Origin: Gammaproteobacteria bacterium
GTDB taxonomy: Bacteria; Pseudomonadota; Gammaproteobacteria; Eutrophobiales; Eutrophobiaceae
Assembly: GCA_963422205.2 (NCBI GenBank)
Contig: CAXMWX010000003.1
Coordinates: forward strand, 192,001-256,000
DNA length: 64,000 nt
Direction of reading: 5' to 3'
Shown: piece after piece, positions 53,794 to 64,000 of the stretch
Numbering within the stretch: position 1 is the first letter of the stretch
How the letters are laid out: every line of letters starts with the position of its first letter
The notes under the pieces: model-generated
Database searches by the model: none
What the model was told of the DNA's origin: nothing
The model's input: the letters and a program-made list of their open reading frames with translations, nothing else
Translations under genes and position numbers: made by a program

Positions 53794-54424
53794 TGCTGTC
53801 TACCTCGTCTTCGGCGGTGGGTAATCCTGCTGTGATCATATCCTGTTTGCTGTCGATATCATACTGTGCCTGTGGCATATCCACGCATACTACCCTTTTT
53901 TTATGTCTCTGTAACAGGGCTTTTGCACCGCTGGCGGCGGGCAGCTTGCGTAATGCCGGAAAAAATTCCGCCGGCAGGATGGCCGGTATGCCCACCGTAT
54001 CAGTATACCCGCTGGCGACAATGGACGATGGGTTATGCAGCCAGGCCGCCTTTAAGGTGTCAAGTTGCTCACCGCCCATCAACACCTGATCACAGGGCAT
54101 GAGCAGGGCGGCATGGGCATCCCCGGGCAGCTTGCTGATGCCGCAGGCGATGGAAGTGCCTATGCCGGCCTGCCAGTGGCGGTTGTGGACAATCGTAACA
54201 CCGGCCCCGGCGATCTCGGTCTCGACCTGTTGCCGGTGTGCCCCGGTAATGATCAGGATATGCGGCCGGGCGATCAGCATTGCCGCACCATCGATGGCAC
54301 GGCTGACAAAACTACGATTGCCGAACATCGCTACCTGCTTGGCACTGCCAAAACGCCTGCCCTGCCCGGCCGCCAGGATGATGGCATACAGCTTGTCAGT
54401 GTTGATATGGTCAGGCATCGGCAT
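53774..54424 (-). CDS. mocA: Molybdenum cofactor cytidylyltransferase-like NTP transferase
   Basis: [24 protein letters not shown] and DID motifs; next to a xanthine-oxidase-family enzyme. Confidence 0.8.
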   Translation of the reverse strand: MPMPDHINTDKLYAIILAAGQGRRFGSAKQVAMFGNRSFVSRAIDGAAMLIARPHILIITGAHRQQVETEIAGAGVTIVHNRHWQAGIGTSIACGISKLPGDAHAALLMPCDQVLMGGEQLDTLKAAWLHNPSSIVASGYTDTVGIPAILPAEFFPALRKLPAASGAKALLQRHKKRVVCVDMPQAQYDIDSKQDMITAGLPTAEDEVDSNDNSHD

Positions 54425-54496
54425 CTCTTCATTCTACTCATTATGGCGCATACTGTTATCATACCGACTCTGCAAAATTGATAGCGCACGGAAGTC

Positions 54497-56127
54497 ATGA
54501 TGACAGATAGAACGCCCCCTGCCAGAATGATCAGCAGGGTATCTTCCCAGGTCTCTCTTAGGGTATCCGGCCAGGTATCCGACCAGGGGATTTTTCGCTC
54601 TCTGCAAGCGCGGGTTATGCGGTGGGCATTTACTAAAGAGCGAGACCTGGGCCGCCCTACCGAGAAAGCCCGGAGGGGTGAGCGTTTTGAGATAGATGCC
54701 GGAGATACCGGGCAGGTAGAGGCGGCTCGCCTGGATGAACCCAATCGCTGGGCATGTCGTTTAATCGAAAGATCGAAAGACCCTAACCGCATCTGGACAA
54801 CGGAAGTCCTTATCACCGAAAACAGTTTGACCGAAGCGATGGTGGGATGCCGTCTTTTGTGTACGCAACTAGAGGATGACAGGGACAGCATTCCCCGGTC
54901 GATACCCCGATTTGTGCGGGAAATAGCATTTACGCAGGCTGCTTTTCTGGATGGCAGGCAGACATCGCCTGCACCTTAGGATCGTCAGCACACCGGAAGA
55001 GGCCGACAAGCTGGCCGATTTCCTGCTCTCTTCGGACAGGCAGCATCCCGTTGTTGCTGCGACAACCCCCGCTCACTCCGAGGATCCGGAGCAGACGATT
55101 ATCCCTGTTAGAAATTTTATCCGCCGGACTGTCGGCTTCGTCCATACAGTCGTGTTGACTTCCGTTGTATCTTACGCTTTGAGGGAGCGCACAGGTTCGG
55201 AATTTTCCGTGTATAAACGGGCCATTCGCACCTATCACCCGGGATTTGTCCGGACAAGGATCAATGGCCTGACCACCCCCTGGTGACTGCCCGGCGTATT
55301 GAAAGCTGGGAGGCCGAGAAGTCAGAGAAGTTTATCGAGTTCCTGGTGCGGCAGGTGCTGCGCCCGCATCACCCCAGGTATGTTCTTGAACAGGAACAAT
55401 GGCCGTTTCAAAAAATAAAGGCCCTGGCTGCCGAACGTGACCGCCAGCAGGCAGAACAGGCAGGCCAGGAGAGTGCCGCCCTGTATCAAAAAGCAATCAG
55501 CGCCAAAGACAAACAGATTTCTGATGCCCTGGAGCTTGCGGCCGGCATGGAAGCTGAGAGAGAGCAAGCAATCAAAGAAGCCGATCAACTCAAATCTCAT
55601 AATTGGGCGCTGCAAAATCGGCTCGACACCTTGCAGGCGCAACTCAACTCGCCTAACCATGCTACGGAGTCTCTGCCCGACAGCCTGGGTGAAATTGAAG
55701 CGTGGGCAAAACAGAACCTCGGTGATGCTGTTGTGCTGCATGAGCGTGCGATAAAAACTGCAAGCCAGTCTGCCTTTGAAGATGTTGATCTCGTTTATAA
55801 GGCCCTGCTGATGTTGCGCGATTATTATGCGCCCATGCACCGAGAGGGCGATAATAAGAAGCATGCTGCGTATCAGCAAAGATTGAGCGAGTTGCACCTG
55901 AAGGACACCCCGTGTTTCAGCCAAGAGAACAAGGCCAAAAGCAAAAAATATAAAGGGCAATATCATGTTGACCATAACGGCAGAGAATGTGAGCTTGACC
56001 AGCATTTGAAAGGCAGCGATAGCAGGATGGGCGTCATGGCTTCCGGCTGTACTACTTCTGGGACGATGAGACCGAGTGTGTGGTTGTTGGAGATATGCTG
56101 CACCACCTTAGAACCGATGACAGCTAG
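54497..56127 (+). pseudogene. Decayed ~540-codon gene (three frameshifts) with a coiled coil and a C-terminal HLK...RLYYFWD...VVVG...HL domain
   Basis: ORFs 54497-54979, 54951-55286 and 55283-56233 join with single-base shifts near 54978, 55247 and 56025; the restored end is DGRHGFRLYYFWDDETECVVVGDMLHHLRTDDS-stop(56127). Confidence 0.7.
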
Positions 56128-56342
56128 AAACCGGATTGCCGGGGCGGGTTTTCTGGCGCTGTCATCCTGGCAGGGTGAAGTCATCGGCTGGCGTTTCAGT
56201 TGCGACACATCAAGCAACCGGTCTGGCAGATAGACCTGCCGCAGGAAGTTCAGTACACTTGCTGCAGTTTCAAGCGGGGGTAGCCAGCGGGTTGCTCCCG
56301 TTTTCTTGTGTGTAACCCCATCACGTATAACCGGCAAGGATA

Positions 56343-57509
56343 ATGGAGGTCTTGAGATTGCTGCAACCTGCCTTACTCGCCCTGGCCGATGGCACTGTGT
56401 TTCACGGGCGCTCTGTCGGTAGCCAGGGCCTGGCCACGGGCGAGGTGGTGTTTAACACATCCATCACCGGCTATCAGGAAATCCTCACCGATCCCTCCTA
56501 CTGCCGCCAGATCATCACCTTCACCCAGCCGCATATCGGCAATGTTGGCGTGAACCCGGAAGATGAGGAATCGCCTGCCGTCCACGCCAGCGGCCTGGTG
56601 ATTCGGGATCTGCCGCTGCATGCCAGTAACTGGCGACAGCAACACCCCTTGACCGACTATCTGCACAGCAAACAGGTGGTGGCGATTGCTGACATTGACA
56701 CCCGTTGCCTGACCCGGATTTTACGCACCAAAGGGGCGCAGAACGGCTGCATCATGGCCTTGCCCCAACTGGCAGAGGAGGCCGCCATCACCGCTGCACA
56801 AGACTGCCCGGGGCTGGCCGGTAGCGATCTTGCCGGGCAGGTGAGTACCCAGGCGGATTATGTCTGGCAGGAAGCCGACTGGTCTTTGCAAGGAGGCTAT
56901 CGACCCGCTGGTGCGGCGAGCTGGCGCGTGGCGGCGTATGATTTTGGTGTAAAACGCAACCTCCTGCGCCTGTTGGTGGCGGCAGGTTGCGAGGTGGTCG
57001 TTGTGCCAGCGAGAACGCCGGCGGCGAAGGTGCTGGCCGGCGGGTTTGACGGCGTGTTTTTATCCAATGGCCCCGGCGACCCGGCCGCTTGCACGTATGC
57101 CATCGGTGCGATACAGGCGTTATTGCAGGCCGGGATGCCACTGTTTGGCATTTGTCTTGGTCATCAGTTGCTGGGGCTGGCAGCCGGGGCCAGGACAGTG
57201 AAGATGGCCTTCGGTCATCATGGGGCGAACCATCCGGTGCAGGAGCTTACCACCGGCCGGGTCTTTATCAGCAGTCAGAACCATGGCTTTGCGGTGGCCG
57301 AAGAGGGCCTGCCCGCGTGTTTAGAGGTAACGCATCGCTCGTTGTTTGATGGCAGCGTACAGGGGATCAGGCACAGGCATCTGCCTGCATTTGGTTTTCA
57401 GGGACACCCCGAGGCGAGCCCCGGCCCGCATGATATGCAGCCCCTGTTTGTGTATTTTACCGAGCTGATGCGTAGCAGAGCCGATCCCCCTGATGCCAAG
57501 ACGTTCTGA
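56343..57509 (+). CDS. carA: Carbamoyl-phosphate synthase small subunit
   Basis: [32 protein letters not shown] and [12 protein letters not shown] motifs. Confidence 0.97.
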   Translation: MEVLRLLQPALLALADGTVFHGRSVGSQGLATGEVVFNTSITGYQEILTDPSYCRQIITFTQPHIGNVGVNPEDEESPAVHASGLVIRDLPLHASNWRQQHPLTDYLHSKQVVAIADIDTRCLTRILRTKGAQNGCIMALPQLAEEAAITAAQDCPGLAGSDLAGQVSTQADYVWQEADWSLQGGYRPAGAASWRVAAYDFGVKRNLLRLLVAAGCEVVVVPARTPAAKVLAGGFDGVFLSNGPGDPAACTYAIGAIQALLQAGMPLFGICLGHQLLGLAAGARTVKMAFGHHGANHPVQELTTGRVFISSQNHGFAVAEEGLPACLEVTHRSLFDGSVQGIRHRHLPAFGFQGHPEASPGPHDMQPLFVYFTELMRSRADPPDAKTF

Positions 57510-60500
57510 CATCAACAGCATTTTGATCATCGGTGCTGGCCCTATCGTCATCGGCCAGGCGTGCGAGTTTGACTATTCCGGCGCACAGGCCTGCAAGGCG
57601 CTGACCGAGGAGGGGTTTCGCGTTGTGCTGGTGAACTCCAACCCGGCCACCATCATGACCGACCCGGACATGGCCGATGTCACCTATATTGAGCCGCTAC
57701 GCTGGCAGAGCCTGGCCAGGATCATCGCCCGGGAGCGCCCGGATGCGGTGTTGCCGACGATGGGCGGGCAGACGGCGCTAAATTGCGCCCTGGACCTGGC
57801 CCGTGAGGGGGTGTTTCAGGAACACGACGTGGAGATGATCGGCGCCAACCGGGAGGCGATCGACAAGGCCGAGGACCGGGAGAAATTTCGTGCCGCCATG
57901 CAGAAGTTGGGGCTGGCCATGCCACGTTCCGGCATCGCCCACCGGCTGGATGATGCCCTGTCGATCGTCGCCGACATCGGTTATCCGATCATCAGCCGCC
58001 CGTCTTTTACGCTGGGCGGGGCGGGCGGCGGTATTGCCTATAATCGGGAGGAGCTGGTCGATCTGGTTGAGCGTGGCCTTGATGCCTCGCCCAGTGCGGA
58101 GGTGCTGCTGGAGCAATCGGTGCTGGGCTGGAAGGAGTATGAGATGGAGGTGGTGCGCGACTCAAAAGATAACTGCATCATCGTCTGCGCTATTGAAAAC
58201 GTGGATCCGATGGGCGTACACACGGGTGATTCGATCACGGTCGCCCCGGCGCTGACGCTCACAGACAAGGAATACCAGCGCATGCGTAATGCGGCCATTG
58301 CGGTGCTGCGGGAGATTGGCGTAGAGACAGGCGGTTCGAATGTGCAGTTTGCGGTCAACCCGGCCACGGGCGAGTTGATCATCATTGAGATGAACCCGCG
58401 GGTGTCACGCTCCTCGGCCCTGGCATCCAAGGCGACCGGCTTCCCGATTGCCAGGGTGGCCGCCAAGCTGGCGGTGGGCTATACCTTAGATGAGCTGGAC
58501 AACGAGATCACCGGCGGGGCAACGCCCGCTTCCTTTGAGCCGACCATAGACTACATCGTCACCAAAATCCCGCGTTTTACCTTTGAGAAGTTTCCCCGGG
58601 CAGAAGATACGCTGACCACCCAGATGAAGTCGGTGGGCGAGGTGATGGCGATTGGCCGGACGTTTCAGGAGTCGTTGCAAAAGGCCATGCGTGGGCTGGA
58701 GACCGGTATTGATGGCTTTACCGAACTTGATGCCGAGCTCACTGATGAGGATATCGCCCGGCAGCTGCAAACGCCGGGGTCGCAACGCCTGTTGCATCTG
58801 GGCGAGGCGTTTCGCCGCGGGTTTGATTTGCAGAAAGTCCATGCACTGTCTGCTATAGAGCCGTGGTTTCTGGCGCAGATTGAAGATCTGTTACAGCATG
58901 AGGCAGCGCTTGCAGGCAAGTCGCTTGACAGCTTGTCGAGGGCGGAGTTGTGGCAGTTGAAACGCCAGGGCTTTGCCGACAGCCGTCTGGCACGGCTGCT
59001 GAATACGGATGAGGCCGAGGTGCGCGCCTGCCGCCATCGCCATCATATTCGGCCGGTGTATAAACGGGTGGATTCCTGTGCGGCTGAATTTGCGGCGAGC
59101 ACGGCCTATCTGTATTCCTGCTATGAGCAAGCATGTGAAGCAGCGCCGAGCGAGCGCGACAAGGTGATGGTGCTGGGCGGCGGGCCTAACCGCATTGGGC
59201 AGGGGATTGAATTTGACTACTGCTGTGTGCAGGCGGCCTATGCGCTACGAGCGGCAGGTTATGAGACCATCATGGTCAACTGCAATCCAGAGACTGTCTC
59301 GACCGACTACGATACGTCAGATCGGCTGTATTTTGAGCCCTTGACGCTGGAGGATGTGCTGGCGATCATTGAGGTGGAAAAGCCACAGGGCGTGATCGTG
59401 CAGTACGGCGGTCAAACGCCGCTGAAATTGGCCCGTGAATTGCAGGCCGCCGGTGCGCCCATCATCGGCACATCGCCGGACAGCATTGATCTGGCCGAGG
59501 ACAGACAGCGCTTTCAGGGCTTGCTGGAGCGATTAGGGCTGCAACAGCCGCCGAACGCCACGGCGAATACCTTGGCCGAGGCCCTGGCAGGTGCTGAGAT
59601 GATCGGTTATCCACTGGTGGTGCGGCCTTCTTATGTGCTGGGTGGGCGGGCGATGGAGATCGTCCACGACCGGGAAGAATTGCAGCAGTACATGCAGGCT
59701 GCGGTGGCGGTGTCCAATGACTCGCCCGTGTTGCTGGATAAGTTTCTTGATCAGGCGATTGAGGTGGATATTGATGCGGTCTGTGATGGCAAGGCCGTTG
59801 TCATTGGCGGCATCATGCAGCACATTGAGCAGGCCGGGGTGCATTCGGGTGATTCTGCGTGCAGCCTGCCGCCGTACAGCTTGAGTCCTGCGATCCTCAA
59901 GCGGCTGGGGCAACAGGTGACCCAAATAGCCCTGGGGTTAAACGTGATCGGCTTGATGAATGCACAGTTCGCCATCCAGGGTGAGCAGATCTATGTGCTG
60001 GAAGTCAACCCGCGGGCATCACGCACTGTGCCGTTTGTCTCCAAGGCAACCGGGGCAGCACTGGCGAGGATAGCCGCCAACTGTATGGTGGGTAACTCAT
60101 TACAGGCACAAGGGCTTGATGGCATCACCCCCCCCGGCTATTTTTCCGTGAAAGAGGCCGTCTTTCCGTTTATCAAGTTTCCGGGGGTTGATCCGATACT
60201 CGGCCCGGAAATGAAGTCCACCGGCGAGGTGATGGGTGTTGGTTTCAGCTTTGGCGAAGCCGTGCATAAATCACTGCTGGCGGCGGGTGAGGCGATACCG
60301 GCAAAGGACAAGATTCAGGGCAAGATATTCATCAGTGTGCGCGATGTTGATAAGGGCGAGATCGTGGAAATTGCCGCCGCGCTCAAGGCACAGGGCTTTG
60401 ATCTGTGTGCCACCGAGGGCACGGCAGGCGTGATTCGGGCGGCGGGGCTGGCCTGTAAGCGGGTTAATAAAGTGCGCGAGGGCCGGCCACACATCGTGGA

Positions 60501-60729
60501 TATGTTAAAAAATGACGAAATTACTATGATCATCAATACGACCTGGGGGAGAAAAGCCATTTCTGACTCTTATCCCATTCGCCGCACGGCCTTGCAACAC
60601 AAGGTGTTCTACACGACCACGATTGCCGGGGCCAGGGCTACAGCAAAGGCCATTACATATGCGAATCAACAGGCGGAGAAAGAGGCCATTTATTCGCTAC
60701 AGTCATTACATCGGAGCCTGAACGCATGA
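57493..60729 (+). CDS. carB: Carbamoyl-phosphate synthase large subunit
   Basis: [35 protein letters not shown] and [12 protein letters not shown] motifs; 1078 aa. Confidence 0.98.
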   Translation: MPRRSDINSILIIGAGPIVIGQACEFDYSGAQACKALTEEGFRVVLVNSNPATIMTDPDMADVTYIEPLRWQSLARIIARERPDAVLPTMGGQTALNCALDLAREGVFQEHDVEMIGANREAIDKAEDREKFRAAMQKLGLAMPRSGIAHRLDDALSIVADIGYPIISRPSFTLGGAGGGIAYNREELVDLVERGLDASPSAEVLLEQSVLGWKEYEMEVVRDSKDNCIIVCAIENVDPMGVHTGDSITVAPALTLTDKEYQRMRNAAIAVLREIGVETGGSNVQFAVNPATGELIIIEMNPRVSRSSALASKATGFPIARVAAKLAVGYTLDELDNEITGGATPASFEPTIDYIVTKIPRFTFEKFPRAEDTLTTQMKSVGEVMAIGRTFQESLQKAMRGLETGIDGFTELDAELTDEDIARQLQTPGSQRLLHLGEAFRRGFDLQKVHALSAIEPWFLAQIEDLLQHEAALAGKSLDSLSRAELWQLKRQGFADSRLARLLNTDEAEVRACRHRHHIRPVYKRVDSCAAEFAASTAYLYSCYEQACEAAPSERDKVMVLGGGPNRIGQGIEFDYCCVQAAYALRAAGYETIMVNCNPETVSTDYDTSDRLYFEPLTLEDVLAIIEVEKPQGVIVQYGGQTPLKLARELQAAGAPIIGTSPDSIDLAEDRQRFQGLLERLGLQQPPNATANTLAEALAGAEMIGYPLVVRPSYVLGGRAMEIVHDREELQQYMQAAVAVSNDSPVLLDKFLDQAIEVDIDAVCDGKAVVIGGIMQHIEQAGVHSGDSACSLPPYSLSPAILKRLGQQVTQIALGLNVIGLMNAQFAIQGEQIYVLEVNPRASRTVPFVSKATGAALARIAANCMVGNSLQAQGLDGITPPGYFSVKEAVFPFIKFPGVDPILGPEMKSTGEVMGVGFSFGEAVHKSLLAAGEAIPAKDKIQGKIFISVRDVDKGEIVEIAAALKAQGFDLCATEGTAGVIRAAGLACKRVNKVREGRPHIVDMLKNDEITMIINTTWGRKAISDSYPIRRTALQHKVFYTTTIAGARATAKAITYANQQAEKEAIYSLQSLHRSLNA

Positions 60730-61202
60730 CTAAACCCGCCATGACAGCCGCCGGGGCGATGCGCCTGCGGGCGCAATTACAGCAACTAAAAACCGAGGAT
60801 CGCCCGGCCGTTATCAAGGCGATTGCCGAGGCGCGTGCACATGGCGACTTGAGTGAAAATGCGGAATACCATGCAGCTCGGGAGCAGCAGGGTTTTATTG
60901 AAGGGCGCATCAATACGCTTGAATCGGCCTTGGCCGAGGCGCAAATCATTGATGTCACCACCATCAAGGCCGGGGGCAAGGTGGTCTTTGGTGCGACAGT
61001 TAAGATGCTGAATCTGGAAACCGACGATGCGGTGACTTATCAGATTGTCGGCGAGGAGGAGGCCGATATTGAACAGGGGCTGATCTCGGTGGTCTCACCT
61101 ATAGCCAGAGCGCTGATCGGCGGGCAGGAGGGCGATGTGATTGAGGTAGATGCGCCTGGTGGTGTCAAGGAATATGAGATCTTAAGCGTCCGTTATGTCT
61201 GA
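60726..61202 (+). CDS. greA: Transcription elongation factor GreA
   Basis: [18 protein letters not shown] and SPIARALIG motifs. Confidence 0.97.
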   Translation: MTKPAMTAAGAMRLRAQLQQLKTEDRPAVIKAIAEARAHGDLSENAEYHAAREQQGFIEGRINTLESALAEAQIIDVTTIKAGGKVVFGATVKMLNLETDDAVTYQIVGEEEADIEQGLISVVSPIARALIGGQEGDVIEVDAPGGVKEYEILSVRYV

Positions 61203-61236
61203 GGCGACTTAACGGATTTGAGTGATGGTAGTGACA

Positions 61237-61851
61237 ATGGCTGCTAACAGGAAACAATGGCACAAGATGCAGGTACGTGATCCTTATGTGAGCAGGGCCA
61301 GGGCTGAAAATTACCGTTGCCGTGCCGTGTACAAATTGAAAGAGATAGATGAACGCTATCGTTTATTTGCCAGCGGGCAGATTGTCTGTGATCTGGGCGC
61401 TGCCCCGGGCAGCTGGTCGCAGTACGCCGCTGAACGTTGTCGCCCCCGAGGTTATATCGTGGCTGTCGATGTGTTGACCATGGCTGAACTTGACAATGTC
61501 CGCTTTATTTGCGGCGATTTCACAAAAGATCAGGTCATGCAGGCATGTTATACTGCACTACAACACCGATTGGCAGACCTTGTAATCTCTGATATGTCGC
61601 CCAATATAACAGGTATAAGAGACACCGATCAGGCCCGTAGCCTGTATCTGGCCGAGTCGGTTCTGGCATTTGCCAGGAAGACGCTTAAACAGAATGGTAA
61701 GATGCTGGTCAAGCTGTTTCAAGGGGCTGGCATTGATGCCTACAGAAAAGAACTATCCAGGCATTTTCAAGGGCTTGTAAATTACAAGCCCAAGGCATCT
61801 CGGTCGGCATCAAGAGAAGTCTATGTGCTGGCCAGTGGCTATAAGGTATAG
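61237..61851 (+). CDS. rlmE: 23S rRNA Um2552 2'-O-methyltransferase
   Basis: DLGAAPGSWSQ, SDMSPN, KLFQG and KPKASR..SRE motifs. Confidence 0.95.
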   Translation: MAANRKQWHKMQVRDPYVSRARAENYRCRAVYKLKEIDERYRLFASGQIVCDLGAAPGSWSQYAAERCRPRGYIVAVDVLTMAELDNVRFICGDFTKDQVMQACYTALQHRLADLVISDMSPNITGIRDTDQARSLYLAESVLAFARKTLKQNGKMLVKLFQGAGIDAYRKELSRHFQGLVNYKPKASRSASREVYVLASGYKV

Positions 61852-61906
61852 TAGCCCCCGCCGCCTTGCTGATGGCGTGTTGAGAATGAAATAACAGGCA
61901 GGTAAA

Positions 61907-63835
61907 TTGAACGATATGGCGAAAAATCTATTGCTGTGGATCATCATTGCGCTGGTGCTGATGATGGTGATCCAGAATTTCGGCGTCAACAGCCCCAGTA
62001 AACGCATTGACTACTCTCAGTTTATTGCTGATGTGAAGAACGGCAAGATCGGCTCGGTGACCATTGAGGGCAGCAATATCAGTGGTTTTTATCGCGCCGA
62101 ACCCACGCCTTTCTCTACCTACAGCCCCGAATCCAGTAACTCTTACCTGATCGGCACCCTGCTGGACAATAATGTGCAGGTTCGAGGGGCTGAGGCAAAC
62201 AAAAATTCTCTCTGGATACACGCCCTGATCTCCTGGTTTCCCTTGCTGCTGATCCTCGGCATCTGGATCTACTTCATGCGCCAGATGCAGGGCGGCAGCG
62301 GTGGTCGTGGTGCGCTCTCATTCGGTAAAAGCCGTGCCCGCCTGTTAAACGAAGATCAGGTCAACATCACGTTTAACGATGTCGCCGGGGTGGAAGAGGC
62401 GAAAGAGGAAGTGGCCGAGTTGGTTGAATTTTTGCGTGATCCCGGCAAGTTCCAGCAACTCGGCGGCAAGATTCCCTCGGGCGTGCTGATGATCGGCTCC
62501 CCCGGCACCGGTAAAACGCTGCTGGCCAGGGCCATCGCCGGCGAGGCCGAAGTGCCGTTTTTCACCATATCCGGCTCTGATTTTGTCGAGATGTTTGTCG
62601 GTGTTGGTGCTTCCCGTGTGCGCGATATGTTTGAGCAGGCAAAAAAACATGCGCCCTGCATTATTTTTATTGATGAGATCGATGCCGTTGGCCGCCATCG
62701 TGGTGCGGGTCTGGGCGGTGGTCATGATGAGCGTGAACAGACCTTGAACCAGCTCCTGGTGGAGATGGATGGTTTCGAAGGCAATGAGGGGGTGATCGTG
62801 ATTGCGGCGACCAACCGCCCGGACGTGCTTGATCCGGCCCTGCTGCGCCCTGGGCGGTTTGACAGGCAGGTAGTGGTGCCGCTGCCTGACATACGTGGCC
62901 GTGAGCAGATATTGAAAGTTCACATGCGTAAGGTTGCCTTGGCCGATAAGGTGAATGCCAACATCATCGCCCGCGGCACGCCCGGTTTCTCCGGTGCTGA
63001 TCTGGCCAACCTTATCAATGAGGCCGCCTTGTTTGCTGCCCGTGCCAACAAGCAGCTGGTGGACATGTATGACTTTGAGCGCGCAAAAGACAAGATCATG
63101 ATGGGCGCTGAGCGGCGCTCTATGGTCATGAGCGAGGATGAGAAAAAGCTCACCGCCTACCACGAAGCTGGTCATGCGATTGTCGGTCGCTCGCTGCCAA
63201 GCCATGATCCGGTGTATAAAGTCACGATTATTCCCCGTGGCCGTGCCCTGGGTGTGACCATGTTCTTGCCGGAGGAGGATCGCTTGAGCTACTCCAAGCA
63301 GTTTCTGGAAAGCCAGCTGTGCAGCCTGTTTGGTGGCCGTATTGCCGAGGAGTTGATCTTTGGGGCGGAGGCGGTCACCACCGGTGCGTCCAATGATATT
63401 GAGCGTGCCACACAGATCGCCAGAAACATGGTGACAAAATGGGGCCTGTCAGAGAAGCTCGGCCCGTTGACCTACAGCGAGGAAGATGGCGAGGTGTTCC
63501 TCGGCCACTCGGTGACCAAACACAAGGCCATTTCCGATGAGACCACCCGCATTATTGATGAGGAAGTGCGCCAGGTGATAGACAGGAGTTACACCCAGGC
63601 GACACAGATTCTCAATGATAATATTGAGAAACTGCATTTGATGGCGGATGCCCTGATCAAATATGAAACCATAGAGAGCGAGCAGATTGATACGATCATG
63701 GAAGGCAAGGCGCCCGGCCCGCCCAGTAGCTGGGATGATGATCACAGTGAGCCCGGCGGCATGCCCAAGGCCTCCGACACATCAATCGACAAAGGCGGTG
63801 ATCCGTCAGTCACCGGCCCGCCCCGGCCCGCTTGA
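61907..63835 (+). CDS. ftsH: ATP-dependent zinc metalloprotease FtsH
   Basis: [25 protein letters not shown] and HEAGH motifs; two N-terminal TM segments. Confidence 0.98.
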   Translation: MNDMAKNLLLWIIIALVLMMVIQNFGVNSPSKRIDYSQFIADVKNGKIGSVTIEGSNISGFYRAEPTPFSTYSPESSNSYLIGTLLDNNVQVRGAEANKNSLWIHALISWFPLLLILGIWIYFMRQMQGGSGGRGALSFGKSRARLLNEDQVNITFNDVAGVEEAKEEVAELVEFLRDPGKFQQLGGKIPSGVLMIGSPGTGKTLLARAIAGEAEVPFFTISGSDFVEMFVGVGASRVRDMFEQAKKHAPCIIFIDEIDAVGRHRGAGLGGGHDEREQTLNQLLVEMDGFEGNEGVIVIAATNRPDVLDPALLRPGRFDRQVVVPLPDIRGREQILKVHMRKVALADKVNANIIARGTPGFSGADLANLINEAALFAARANKQLVDMYDFERAKDKIMMGAERRSMVMSEDEKKLTAYHEAGHAIVGRSLPSHDPVYKVTIIPRGRALGVTMFLPEEDRLSYSKQFLESQLCSLFGGRIAEELIFGAEAVTTGASNDIERATQIARNMVTKWGLSEKLGPLTYSEEDGEVFLGHSVTKHKAISDETTRIIDEEVRQVIDRSYTQATQILNDNIEKLHLMADALIKYETIESEQIDTIMEGKAPGPPSSWDDDHSEPGGMPKASDTSIDKGGDPSVTGPPRPA

Positions 63836-64000
63836 TCTGCCACGCTTGACGTGGTGCTGTCCCGCCCGTGTTCAGATGTATCCGTTATATTTTATCCGGG
63901 GGCCGGGCAGCTTAACCATAATATGCAAGACGGCCCGGATGCTGTTCACGCTGTAGCTTTGCAAGGCCGTTCAGGGGACAACACGATTAACACCAGCAGG

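Overview
A 64-kb chromosomal segment of a Gammaproteobacterium, assigned from the 16S 5' region and gene order. The backbone is intact housekeeping DNA: acyl-CoA dehydrogenase (partial), shc, a thiolase, hemL-rubredoxin-hemJ-tlpA, argC-bactofilin-erpA-anmK, M23 peptidase-tyrS-rrn and carAB-greA-rlmE-ftsH. The accessory parts are (i) a ~20.5-kb catabolic island between anmK and the M23 peptidase, with two Rieske oxygenases, hydantoinase/oxoprolinase A+B, an amidohydrolase, a ring-cleavage dioxygenase, a TonB receptor, MFS transporters, and IclR and AraC regulators with visible candidate operators; (ii) a DNA methyltransferase-endonuclease fusion; (iii) a lipoprotein gene frameshifted by an 11-copy 8-bp repeat (possible phase variation); (iv) several pseudogenes. 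The most unusual feature is the rRNA operon. It carries five long hairpin insertions built from one 7-nt repeat, C(A/G/T)GA(A/G/T)GA, all in the same polarity: in 16S helix 9, on both sides of tRNA-Ile, in 23S helix 9 and in 23S helix 45. The helix-45 copy encodes a four-helix-bundle (Avd-like/S23 IVS) protein whose start codon lies inside the repeat arm. This suggests a family of rRNA-operon elements with one protein-coding copy and four non-coding copies. The 23S also has a group I intron at position 1917 with a LAGLIDADG homing endonuclease. Two rRNA segments look mosaic and may be assembly or polishing artefacts.
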